Below, piece after piece: positions 50,502 through 63,960 of a stretch of 64,000 bases of DNA. Both the position numbers and the translations under genes were made by a program. Each line of letters begins with the position of its first letter. Within the stretch, counting starts at the first letter, position 1. The notes under the pieces were generated by a model. It was not told the DNA's origin. It did no database searches and was given only the letters and a program-made list of their open reading frames with translations. Source of the stretch: Octopus sinensis (lineage: Eukaryota); contig NW_021832997.1 in NCBI RefSeq assembly GCF_006345805.1, positions 8,237-72,236 of the forward strand, written 5' to 3'.

Positions 50502-51014
50502 GTCCTAATCTTGACAATATATAACGTGTTGTCCTAATCTTGACAATATATAACGTGGTGTCCTAATCTTGACAATATATAACGTGGTGTCCTAATCTTG
50601 ACAATATATAACGTGTTGTCCTAATCTTGACAATATATAACGTGTTGTCCTAATCTTGACAATATATAACGCGTTGTCCTAATCTTGACAATATATAACG
50701 CGGTGTCCTAATCTTGACAATATATAACGCGGTGTCCTAATCTTGACAATATATAACGTGGTATCCTAATCTTGACAATATATAACGTGGTGTCCTAATC
50801 TTGACAATATATAACGTGGTATCCTAATCTTGACAATATATAACGCGGTGTCCTAATCTTGACAATATATAACGTGGTATCCTAATCTTGACAATATATA
50901 ACGTGGTGTCCTAATCTTGACAATATATAACGTGGGATCCTAATCTTGACAATATATAACGCGGTGTCCTAATCTTGACAATATATAATGCGGTGTCCTA
51001 ATCTTGACAATATA
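50502..51014 (+). repeat. 29-bp minisatellite, 18 copies
   Basis: Unit gtcctaatcttgacaatatataacgtggt at exact 29-bp period from 50502 to 50995. Confidence 0.95.
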
Positions 51015-51195
51015 CAAAGGTGGAGCACTTGCAGAAAAACGCACAGCTTGGAACCGCTCGAATACTCCGGATGGTGTTCGAAAAAATAAGGGGTGTCACC
51101 TTAGTTCACTGGTAGTGAACAGCTGACACCGTAGTACATGTCCAGCGTTAGAAGCTGTGCAAAGGCAATAATAATAATAATAATAATAATAATTA
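51015..51195 (+). mobile_element. R4/Dong-like LINE 3' end with (AAT)n tail
   Basis: VEHLQKNAQLGTARILRMVFE resembles the R4-clade LQK.ALLGTARILRKVL motif. Confidence 0.65.
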
Positions 51196-52008
51196 ATTCT
51201 TTTATTGGCCACAAGGGTTGACAAAAATTAATTATAACAAAAAGGGACAAAACAGGACGAAAGGTTACAAAGTGTTTTAATGATGATAATAATCCTTTCT
51301 ACTGGAGGCCTGAAATTTAGGGAGAGGAGACTAGTCGATGACATCAACCCCAGTTTTTTACTGGTACTTAATTTATTGACCCCCAAGAGGATGAAGGGCA
51401 AAGTCGGCTTGGTGGAATTCGACTTTGCCTTTCGATAATAATAATAATAATAATAATAGCCCTTTCTACAGGAAGCACACGGCCCCAAATTTGGGGGAAG
51501 TGATTAAGTCGATTGCATAGACCCCAGTGCGTGACTGGTACTTATTTCATCAACCCCTAAAGGATGAAAGGCAAAGTTGACCTCTGTCTCTTTGTGTATC
51601 TATCTACCTACCTACCTACATACCGACCTACCTACCTGTCTGTCAGCCTGTCTGTTTGTCTGTCAGCCTGTCTATCACACTCTCTTTCTATCTATTTATC
51701 TAACTGTGTGTTGTGTGTGCGGGTATGTTGTGTGTGTGTACGTGTATGTATGTTTGTCTATCTATAAACAAACACACACACATGTATATAAAAACGTGCA
51801 TATGTCTGTGTGTGTGAGTGAATGTGTGTATATGAGTGTGTGTATATGTGTATACGTGCGCCGAAGTATGTATTTTGTTTTTGATGAGCAACTCCATTAG
51901 CGAAAGCGCAGATTCTTTGCTAATATGCTTCAAATATGTAAACGCCAATTACACACCCATACATACAAACACATACCTACACACACACATATATAGCAGT
52001 ACATGCCG

Positions 52009-52051
<43 letters not shown>

Positions 52052-52398
52052 GTCTATACATTACGGTATGTATGTAAAAAGAATATACACGCATTTTAGC
52101 GTTGCAAACGAGAGGCTTTCATACTCCACCCTAATAAGAATTAAATATACACTCAGTCGTTAATATCGCTCCTTCCTCACACATACACACACACAGACAT
52201 ACACCTACACACACACACGCACACACACTCTCATCGCTCCACAGACACATACATACACACACATATACATACATACAAATATACAAGTATATATATATAT
52301 ATATATAAATATATACATATATGTATATCTATATATATATATATATACACATATATATATATGCATATATACATATATATGTGGGTGTATATATATAT

Positions 52399-52443
<45 letters not shown>

Positions 52444-53990
52444 TATATACTCACACTCATATATACATATATATATATATATTTATACACGCAGACGTAC
52501 ATTGTACGCACACCATTAAGCGAGTACAATAGCTGTGTGTTTATGAGGTGGAAAGCTCTCTTTATAAACATCGTCGAAATGTGTGGGTAATGACGCGGGT
52601 TCGATACCCATCGTAACTTTCACTCACCTCAGTAAACCCGCTAATGTGCACCTCGTTTGGTTCGGGGCAACATGGGAGATTGCCGTCTTGATGCGTGTGT
52701 GTGTATATGCATACATACATACATATACATACATGCATACATATATACATCATACATAATACTTACATACATATATACATACATACATAAATACATACAT
52801 ACATATATACATACATACATAAATACATACATACATACATACATACATACATACATACATACATACATACATGCATCCATGCATCCATACATGCATACAT
52901 ACATGCATACATGCATACACGCATACATACATAGGCGACAAGCTGGCAGAAACGTTAGCACGACGGGCTAAATGCTTAGCGGTATTTCGTCTGCCGCTGC
53001 GTTCTGGGTTCAAATTCCGCCGAGGTCGACTTTGCCTTTCATCCTTTCGGTGTCGATTAAATAAGTACCAGTTACGCACTGAAGTAGATATAATCGACTT
53101 AATCCGTATGTTTGTCCTTGTTTGTCCCCTCTATGTTTAGCCCCTTGTGGGTAGTAAAGAAATAGGTATTTCGTCTGCTGCTACATTCTGAGTTCAAATT
53201 CCGCTGAGGTCGACTTTGCCTTTCAACCTTTCGGGGTCGATAAATTAAGTAACAGTTGCGTACTGGGGTCGATTTAATCGACTGACCCCCTCCCCAAAAC
53301 TTTCGGGCCTTGTGTCAAGAGTAGAAAAGAATGTTTAATATATCTAATATGCGTGACCCCGTAGCTATGGTGTTGTACTTACGATCTAGCGATTGGGGGG
53401 TTCGATTCCCAGACCGGCTGTGCATCGTGTTCTTGAGCAAAACACTTCATTTCACGTTGCTCCACTCCACTTCACTGTACGTGAGTAACCCTAGCCTTCC
53501 GATCAAGAGGAATGTTGGCCTGCTTGCCTTTCCAACGGGGTGGCCATCATTCGAAAGCTTTTGAGCCATCGATTTATCTTTCTATCTACATATCTCGTCT
53601 GTCTGTCTGTCTAACTACCTACATACCTATCCATCCATCCATCTATCTATTTATCTATCTACCTACCTATCTATCAATCTATCTATTTATCTATCCATCC
53701 ATCCATACCTATCTATCCATCTACATGTCTATCTATCCATCTATCTACATACATACATCCATCCATCTATCTACCTATCTATCCATCTATCTATCTACCT
53801 ACATACCTATCTATCCATCTATCTCTCTGTCTGTCTATCTATATCTATCTACCTATCTCTCTGCGTGTCTATCTATCTATCAGTCTACCTGTATGTATCT
53901 GTCTGTCTATCTATGCATTTACTTGTCTATATATCTATCCATCCATTTGTCTATCTTGCCGTGTATCTATCTCTCTACAGACAGACGAAC

Positions 53991-54045
<55 letters not shown>

Positions 54046-54385
54046 GATACAGAGAAAGAGAGGCTGGTAGACAGATCCAGATCGACAGACATAGAACCAA
54101 ATTGCAAAAAAAAACCGTAGTGTAGAGAGACAGGTGTGCTTTTGTGTGCAATACAATCGGTGAAGGTGACGGTTGTGATTTTAGGGTGTGGCCTATACCA
54201 TGTGTGGGGGGTGTAGGGGTTCGTATGTCTGTCTGTCTGTGTGTCTATGCATTTATCACAAGAAAACCAGCTGCACAAACTGTAATATATATATGTTTGT
54301 GTGTGTGTGTATGAAGGAGAGACTATTCTATTGTGTCAACGCTGTGAATATTAAATGCCTAATTAGGAATAATAATAATAGTAGC

Positions 54386-54438
<53 letters not shown>

Positions 54439-54454
54439 TATTATTATTATTATT

Positions 54455-55012
54455 GAGTGAGAGAGCAGTGCATGCCATCAAAGTGACACTGGGGTAAAAT
54501 ATACGAAGCCCAATATACCCATCATGACTACCCGTCTGATAAGGGTACACCAGGCACATGCATCACAACCATATGTGCGCGACATGGTGATCTCATATCA
54601 AGATAAACAGCACATGAGCTTGCAGGTGGGGCCCAGTTAGAATTTTTCTTCTGGTCGAGTAACCCATCCTACTCAAAAGAGCCCTGAATAAGGGTTGTTT
54701 AAGGATGTTGAAAGAACCACCCATGTTTCCAGAGGTGAATTATTCAAACCCCAAAGAATCCCTCTCAACACATGGCTATGATGCTCCCCCACTACCTCTG
54801 CTCGTGATCAAAGATGCACATATCGTCAGCCACTAAGGGACATGCTCAACTGGTTAAGTTCAAACAACTGACAAGCAAATCTGTGGTATTGAGCAGAGTA
54901 TTTGCTGTAGCCCATCTTTTATACCAACACAAAACAATGTAAATGATAACACTTCCAATCAGTTCAGATCAGAAGCCATGAGAGCCAGGGCCTGGTACTG
55001 CATCAGGGCATT
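54455..55012 (-). mobile_element. Unclassified ~560-bp non-coding element embedded in (ATT)n
   Basis: Complex sequence with (TAT/AAT)n on both sides and no long ORF. Confidence 0.45.
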
Positions 55013-55375
55013 TATTATTATTATTATTATCGAGGTGGCGGCGGGCTGGGAGACGCGTTAGCACGCCGGGCGAAATGCTTAGCGGTATTTTATCTGCCGT
55101 TACGTTCTGAGTTCAAATTCCGCCGAGGTCGACTTTGCCTTTCATCCCTTCGGAATCGATAAAATAAGTACCAGTTACGCACTGGGGTCGATGTAATGTA
55201 ATGGACCCAACTCATCCCCCAAAATGACTGCCAGCGTGGCAAAATTTGAAACCACTATTACATGTACCTATTTTTTAATTTTTGTATATATTTATTATTA
55301 TTTTTTTGCAAAAAAACAATGTAATTTTCTTTTTTTCCCCTCCTCAATTATAAAAAAATTTTCTTTTCACCTTAC

Positions 55376-55417
55376 AATTCTTGAAAAGTCGCATTGCGAC
55401 GAAAACCGGTTAGAGTT
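55376..55417 (+). ncRNA. Degenerate type-I hammerhead-like motif
   Basis: aattc-TTGAAAA-GTCGC-att-GCGAC-GAA-AACCGGTT-A-gagtt: all three stems present, core C3T and G8A. Confidence 0.5.
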
Positions 55418-55874
55418 AATATTAAAAACATTTTCCATACACCCATTTTCATTCTGCCTTTTTATAATTTTTCCTTGCCTATATATATATATATATATAT
55501 ATAGCCTTCACCTTCGAAACGCAGAGTAGGTGAAATCATGGCGACTGAAGAAGGGTTTTTTCCTTGTGTTATTTGTCCTGTACTCTATTGTTTCGTTGTT
55601 TAAGAAAAATGTCCAGTTCCTTGGTTTTGTGTTTATGTTTTCGTTTCTCATTGAGTTCGACGTTTTTTTGGTGTCCTGTACCCATATATGCGTGTATATA
55701 TACATGTAGAGGTAGGTACATATATGTATGTATATATGCATATGTTTTATTTATTGATTTATATATATATATATATAAAGGGAAAGTTTACGAAACTAAA
55801 CAAAAGACGAAGGGAGGTGGAATATAAACAAACAATTGTATTAGTATGGCGCTCAGGAATAGAAATAAAACAAG

Positions 55875-55912
55875 TCTTTTACGTTTCGAGCCTACGCTCT
55901 TCAACAGAAAGA
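55875..55912 (-). ncRNA. Minimal type-I hammerhead-like motif (A6U variant)
   Basis: tcttt-CTGTTGA-a-GAGC-gtag-GCTC-GAAACGTA-aaaga. Confidence 0.55.
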
Positions 55913-56291
55913 TACACAGAAAAATACAAGGAGAGAAAAAAATGCGTGTATGAGCTAACGATCTATCATGGCGTCCTATATATATACGCGTGTGTGGTTG
56001 TACACATGTATGTATGAAGATAGGTATATATGTATATGCATATATACATATATATACATATACATATATATATGCATATACATATATATACATATACATA
56101 TATATGCATATACATATATATGCATATACATATATATACATATACATATATATGCATATACATATATATGCATATACATATATATGCATATACATATATA
56201 TGCATATACATATATATGCATATACATATATATATATGCATATACATATATATACACCTATACATATATATACACCTATACATATATATAC

Positions 56292-56324
<33 letters not shown>

Positions 56325-56639
56325 ACACACATACATATAAATTTGTGTGTGTGCTCATATATCGCTGCATGAATCTACCCGTCTGCGGGTACGCCTTTTT
56401 CTCATCGCTGTAAATGAAGTAATAAACTAACCACCCTACCCACACCCCACCCCACCCTGCTACTCCCTACCCCCACCCATTGCACCCTAGACCTCCACCC
56501 CACCCCCAACCCACCCCCGACAGCAGTCACGCCTCGTTAAGCAAGCTTGTTACAGTGTCTGGTTTCACTAAAGTCTCTCTAACCCGCGTCTGAAGTCATT
56601 CAGCCGTGACTTGGGTAGGAGATCCCCTCAGATCATCTC

Positions 56640-57610
56640 GCCTTTACATTCGCACCACCACCAACACCACCACCAATACCAACGCCCACAACTCCTACCA
56701 TCATCATCATCATCATCATTATGATCATTTTCATCATCATCATCATCATTATCAACAATATCTTCATCATAATCATCACCACCACCATCACCACCACCAC
56801 TACCACTACCAATACCACCACCACCACGACCACCACGACCACCACCACCATTACCATCAGTACTACCACCACCACCACCACCACACACCATTACCACCAT
56901 CACCACCACCACCACCACACAACCATTACCACCATCACCACCACCACCACCACACACCCATTACACCATCACCACCATCACCCCCACCACCACCACCACA
57001 CAACCATTACCACCACCACCACCACCACCACACAACCATTCCCACCATCCCCACCACACAACCATTACCACCATCACCACCATCACCACCACACAACCAT
57101 TACCACCATCACCAACACCACCACCACCACCACCACACAACCATTACCACCATCACCACCACCACCACCACACAACCATTACCACCATCACCACCACCGC
57201 CACCACAACAACCATTACCACCACCATCACCACCACCACCACCATCACTACCACCACAACCACTACCACCACCACCACCACACAACCATTACCACCATCA
57301 CCACCACCACCACACAACCATTACCACCATCACCACCACCACCACCACAACAACCATTACCACCACCATCACCACCACCACCACCATCACTACCACCACA
57401 ACCACAACTACCACCACCACCACCACTACCACCACTACCACCACCACCACCACCACACAACCATTACCACCATCACCACCACCACCACCACAACAACCAT
57501 TACCACCACCATCACCACTACCACCACCATCACTACCACCACAACCACAACTACCACCACCACCACCACCACTACCACCACTACCACCACCACCACCACC
57601 ACCACCACCA
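56640..57610. repeat. (ACC/CAT)n-derived minisatellite tract
   Basis: Recurrent ~27-30-bp unit accaccacacaaccattaccaccatcacc. Confidence 0.9.
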
Positions 57611-57793
57611 CTCTCTAGGCGTCTTCTCGCCTCGTCCTTCTCCTCATTGCCACCACAACCACCAGTAACACAGCTAATAAAGAGGCCGTTCGGTGTGCGC
57701 GACATAGCAGCCAGAACTTCCTTAATGTCTTCAAAGAACGAAGGACTTATTAGAGTAAGAAACCCATGGGTACACCAAGGGAAAAGAAATAGA

Positions 57794-58087
57794 AAAAGAC
57801 AGGATGGTCACAGCTGGAACGTCTTTGATCATAGGTCTGTCTGGATCAGGACTGACCTGGGGCTAAACAACAGCAATAAGGAAGGACACATTAGATAATG
57901 TAGTCCTAGATACACTATGTCTGAATAAAAGACAGGATGGTAACGGCTGGAACATCTTTGATCATAAGTCTGCTGGATCAGGACTGACCTGGGTTAAACA
58001 CTATGCCTGAACCATAGACGGGATGGTCACAACTGGAGCATCTTTGATCATAGGTCTGTCTGGATCAGTCTGACCTGGGGCTAAACA
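57794..58087 (+). repeat. Degenerate tandem copies of the same monomer as the 38921-39672 array
   Basis: gacaggatggtcacagctggaac...gatcaggactgacctggggctaaac repeated about three times. Confidence 0.8.
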
Positions 58088-60274
58088 CCGTCACCACCAG
58101 CACCACCACTACCACCATAACCTATACAAGCGCCTATACGATAACCCCTATAAACCACTGTTATTACTTCAGTTGCTATTTTACAACCACCACCACCACT
58201 GGAACTACTACTACTACTACTACTACTACTATTATTACCACCACCACCACAACAACAACTACTATCACCACCACCACCATCATCACTACTACTACTACAA
58301 CTACCTCCACCTCCACTACTACTACCATCGCCACTACCATCACTACTACTACTACTATAACTACAAGTACCACCATCAGTACTACTATTACTACAACGGC
58401 TACCACCACCACCGCCACCACTACCACCATCACTACTACTACTACTACTACAAGTGCCACCACCACCACTGCTACAACGGCTACCACCACCACCACCACC
58501 GCCGCCGCCGTCGCCGCCGCCGTCGCCGCCGCCACCATCATCTCCATGGCGAGGAACCCATTTCCCACCGAAAGCCTCTCTCCTCGCCATCTGTTTGAAT
58601 GAGAATTGATGTCTCTTTTTTCGTTTCGAGTCGACATATGGCGGCGGGACGGAGACGGGGGGGCGGAGGAGGGAGGGGAGCGGGGAGGGAGAGGAGGGAG
58701 GGAAGGGCTGAGGAGGATGGTAACAGTAGCCGTGCCACTGAGGTGGGGTGGGGGGTGGAGGTGGCGGCAACGGATGGTTTTGTCGTTGGCGATGCTCATG
58801 AAGATGATGGTGGTGATGATGATGATGGTGATGGTGGTCGACGGCGGCGGTGGTGGTGGTATTGATGGCGAAGTTGGTGTTGTAGTTGTTGGTGTTGTAA
58901 CTCTTGTAACCCATCACTTCACATTATTTCACTTGACTTCATTAAAAAAATCCCCGCAAACACCGCATTGCAACACACTAGCGCCATCTCAGTAGCTTAC
59001 TCTCCTCACACACACCTACACACATATATATACACACATATATATATGTGTGTATGTGGCGGCGAGTTGGCAGAAACGTTAGCACGCCGGGCGAAATGCT
59101 TAGCGGTATTTTGTCTGTCTTTACGTCCTGAGTTCAAATTCCGCCGAGGTCGACTTTGCCTTTCATCCTTTTGGGGGTCGATTAAATGAGTACCAGTCAC
59201 GCACTGGGGTCGATGTAATCGACTTAATACCTATGTCTGTCCTTGTTTGTCCCCTCTATGTTTAGCCCCTTGTGGGTAGTAAAGAAATAGGTATTTCGTC
59301 TGCCGTTACGTTCTGAGTTCAAATTCCGCCGAGGTCGACTTTGCCTTTCATCCTTTCGGGGTCGATAAATAAGTACCAGTTACGCACTGGGGTAGATATA
59401 ATCGACTTAATCCGTTTGTCTGTCTTTCTTTGTCCCCTCTGTGTTTAGCCCCTTGTGGGTAGTCAAGAAAAAAAAAATTCTTTTACTTATTTCAGTCATT
59501 TGACTGAGGCCATGCTGGAGCATCACCTTTAGTCGAGCAAATCGACGCCAGGACTTATTCTTTGTAAGCCTGGTACTTATTCTATCGGATCCTTTTTGCC
59601 GAACCACTACGTTACGGGGACGTAAACACACCAACATCGGTTGTCAAGCGATGGTGGTGGAACAAAACACAGACACACACACACACAACACTTAATCGTG
59701 TATATATATATATATATATAAAATATATATAAAAATACAAAATGGGACAAGAACGCAAAACATTCAAATAGACGACACAAAAAGACGGACGGGTCAATCG
59801 AAGCCTCTAATCTTCAGTCAAGAACCGGATCATCCTCGCAATTTCGGCTGATTAATCTTGAGATCGCTCCGATCCGGCCAGCCCCAAGGAAAAACTAAGC
59901 TACGGGCATTAGATTTCTTGGAAAAAGGATCGAATGTATACGAAACAAGGAGAGAAAAACGGACGATGCCACACGAATATAAAATACAAAAAACAATAAT
60001 AATAATAACAGGACAAAAACAACAGGCGTCTTTCGACTTTAGACAGTTCAACTTAGCTTAACTGGCGTAAATTATACAATTTTAAGTTGAGATTGTTAAT
60101 AATGCTGAGAACTAGGCTAGAATTAATTAAAGTGCTCTAATTGAGCTAGGTTCCAATTTATGATTTCAAAGGAGACAATACAAGCGGAACACTAGAGGAA
60201 CACGACCAATAGAACATTCAATATATACGTGTGTGCACTTTCATTGGACATTAATAAATCTTTATAAAGTTCCC

Positions 60275-60610
60275 TTTATAAAAAAGGGAGCACTCCGTCG
60301 GTTACGACGAGGGTCCCAGCTGATCCGATCAACAGAAATTGATCGTGAAATAAGCGTGCAAGTGGCTGAGTACTCCACAGACACGCGAACCCTTAACGTA
60401 GTTCTCAGGGAGAATCAGCGTGACACAGAGTGTGACAAGGCTGGCCCTTGTTTTGAAATACAGGTACAACTCATTTTGGCCAGCTGAGTGGACTGGAGCG
60501 ACGTGAAATAAAGTGTCTTGCTCAAGGACACAACGCGTCGCCGAGAATCGAACTCACAATCTTACGATCATAAGCCGAATGTCCCTAAACACTAAGCCAC
60601 GCGCCCACAC
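60275..60610 (-). mobile_element. tRNA/CORE-like SINE sharing the S3 3' tail
   Basis: Head gcgtggcttagtg...gagttcgattc, CORE-like gtgtccttgagcaagacacttt, tail ...accgacggagtgct. Confidence 0.75.
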
Positions 60611-60645
60611 AAGTTCGTGATAACACAGCATTAAAACATACAAGT

Positions 60646-61030
60646 GTGGAGGCGCAATGGCCCAGTGGTTAGGGCAGCGGACTCGCGGTCGTAGGATCGC
60701 GGTTTCGATTCCCAGACCGGGCGTTGTGAGTGTTTATTGAGCGAAAACACCTAAAGCTCCACGAGGCTCCGGCAGGGGTGGTGGTGATCCCTGCTGTACT
60801 CTTTCACCACAACTTTCTCTCACTCTTACTTCCTGTTTCTGTTGTACCTGTATTTCAAGGGGCCAGCCTTGTCACTCTCTGTGTCACGCTGAATATCCCC
60901 GAGAACTACGTTTAGGGTACACGTGTCTGTGGAGTGCTCAGCCACTTACACGTTAATTTCACGAGAAGGCTGTTCCGTTGATCGGATCAACCGGAACCCT
61001 CGTCGTCGTAACCGACGGAGTGCTTCCATT
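60646..61030 (+). mobile_element. SINE S3, monomeric full-length copy
   Basis: Same head and a single 3' unit as 45901-47108. Confidence 0.9.
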
Positions 61031-63270
61031 CCAAAACACACCAATATATGAACATATGAATATTTAATATTTAGAAATACGCAAATATTTAAAAATATTT
61101 TTATATTTAAAAATACGTTGGCATTATAAATATATAAATACATAAATAGATATACAAATAGATACAAGAATATATATAAAACTTCGATATGGTATAAGAT
61201 AAAACTCGTAGGTATTTAAAAATATTCAAAAAATACTCATATATATATATATAAATACACAGGTAAAATATAAGACATCAACATAATATAAGACTTATTG
61301 AATTCATAATTCACACGTTAAGATATAAGGTAATCGCCGAGGTCGACTTTGCCTTTCATCCTTTCGGGGTCGATAAATTAAGTACCAGTTACGCACTGGG
61401 GTAGATGTAATCGACTTAATACCTTTGTCTGTCCTCTGTGTTTAGCCCCTTGTGGGTAATAAAGAAATAGGTAATAAAGATTCACAAGTTAATACACAGA
61501 GTCTGGTGGAAAATTTTAAATTACACCACATTAATATGACATACTAATACACAAAGATAATGGCCCATCATCGGACCATGTTAACACCAACAATTATTTA
61601 CACCAAAAAGGTGCTTTTTTTTTGCTATGAAAATCCCTATTTTTTACGATTTTTTGACAGCTGTGTTGCCATTTTTCGGTGTATTTCAACCAGAAAAATG
61701 TTTACTTAAAGAGAATAACAAGCTACATAATGCAAAATTTATACTTCCAATTCTAAAGGGTCGAAACAAACCCGAGCAACGCCGGGCGATACTTCTAGTA
61801 TGATATAAATTTCCTATTATTAATAAGACAGACACTCCCCTCATCAGGATGCTCCACAAGACACAATGATGGCTACATATAAAAGGGCCACTTACTTCGT
61901 TATATTCTATCCAATTTCAAAAGGTCCTATAGGTAATCCAGTAATCCCCTTCATAGAACAGTTGTATTAACTCACTAGCCTGATCTGCTATATTGAATTA
62001 AAGGCCTGTGTTAAGCTCAGTTCAGACCATTCCATTATAGTATTATTTTAATTCTATTTTTAATTTCATTGCAATATTTATCTGAAGTTAGCGATCCGAG
62101 TTCAAATCATACCAATTCAGTCCTTACCTATTTCTTTACTACCCACAAGGGGCTAAACACAGAGGGGACAAACAAGGACAGACATAGGTATTAAGTCGAT
62201 TACATCGACCCCAGTGCGTAACTGGTACTTAATTTATCGACCTCGAAAGAATGAAAGGCAAAGTCGACCTCGGCGGAATTTGAACTCAGAACATAAAGAC
62301 AGACGAAATACATATTTCTTTACTACCTACAAGGGGCTAAACATAGAAGGGACAAACAAGGACAGACAAACGAATTAAGTCGATTACATCGACCCCAGTG
62401 CGTAACTGGTACTTAATTTATCGACCCCGAAAGGATGAAAGGCAAAGTCGACCTCGGCGGAATTTGAACTCACAACGTAACGCAGACGAAATACCGCTAA
62501 GCATTTCGCCCGTCGTGCTAACGATTCTGCAGCTCGCCGCCTTAAATTAATTCCTTACCAACATAAAATACTTATCTACTAATATTTACTTCATTGATTG
62601 ATTGATTGATTGAGTCTAGTTTCAGCTCACGAGCTGTGGCCATGCTGGCGCACCGCCATTATAATACTATTTTCAATTACATTTTAAATTTTCAGTTACA
62701 GATTACAGATTTCGGATTAAAAACATTTAAATTATCATCATTATCCTTACTACGAATTAATATTATGACTTATTAGGCGCAGGAGTGGCTGTGTGGTAAG
62801 TAGCTTGTTTACCAACCACATGGTTCCGGGTTCAGTCCCACAGCGTGGCACCTTGGGCAAGTGTCTTCTACTATAGCCTCGAGTCGACCAAAGCCTTGTG
62901 AGTGGATTTGGTAGATGGAAACTGAAAGAAGCCCGTCATATATATGTATATATGTATGTGTGTGTGTGTGTGTGTGTGTCTGCGAGCGCGCGTGTGCATG
63001 TATCTGAGTGCGTCCTCCCCCATCGCTTCAAAGCCGATATTGGTTTGTTTATGTCCCCGTAACCTAATGCATTGCATTAAACTAAAATAATTCGTTACAG
63101 ATGGCCTTATACATATACACACGTGTGTGTGTGTGTGTCTAATCACTTCCATAAGTGCCTGAGAGAGAAGACAAAAGCTATATCTACCCCCTAACAACAA
63201 TATGGTAGACGTTGCACGTTTGACCCCCCTGACATTTCACTGCCTCTAGAACAACAACAACAACAACTAA

Positions 63271-63284
63271 CCGGTAGAGGGCGC
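63271..63284 (+). promoter_or_regulatory. CTCF-like motif
   Basis: ccggtagagggcgc fits CCRSYAGRKGGCRS at every position and lies in a non-repeat island. Confidence 0.35.
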
Positions 63285-63309
63285 TAAAACACAGTTCTTC
63301 ATTACTGTA

Positions 63310-63772
63310 TGTACGCACTTATGTATGTAGTATGTATATATGTGTGTGTATGAATGTATGTGTGTATGTATGTGTATGTATGTGTGTGTTTGTATGTGTA
63401 TATATATATATATGTATGTGTGTTTGTATGTGTATATATATATATATATGTATGTGTGTTTGTATGTGTATATATATATATATATATGTATGTGTGTTTG
63501 TATGTGTATATATATATATATGTATGTGTGTTTGTATGTGTATATATATATATATATGTATGTGTGTTTGTATGTGTATATATATATATGTATGTGTGTT
63601 TGTATGTGTATATATATATATGTATGTGTGTTTGTATGTGTATATATATATATGTATGTGTGTTTGTATGTGTATATATATATATGTATGTGTGTTTGTA
63701 TGTGTATATAGGTATGTGTGTGTTTGTATGTGTATATATATATATATGTATGTGTAGGTGTGTTTGTATGTG

Positions 63773-63809
<37 letters not shown>

Positions 63810-63960
63810 TTGTATGTATATGTATATATGTATGAGTGTTTGTATGTGTGTATATACATATATATATATACATATATATATATGCATGTGTGTATAAGCA
63901 TGTGTATGTATGCATGTATGTGTGTGTTGTATGTCTGAATGTTTTTATCTGTGTATCTCT
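63310..63960. repeat. TG/TA compound microsatellite with a ~26-30-bp higher-order unit
   Basis: Repeats of tgtttgtatgtg(ta)n tgtatgtg. Confidence 0.9.

Noticed and set aside
50502-51014. CRISPR-like appearance of the 29-bp array
   Set aside because: Units are contiguous with no unique spacers, there are no cas genes, and the context is eukaryotic
56606-57898. 430-aa His/Thr/Pro-rich ORF, the longest in the track
   Set aside because: Translation of an (ACC/CAT)n tract that is open in several frames; its C-terminus comes from a known repeat monomer
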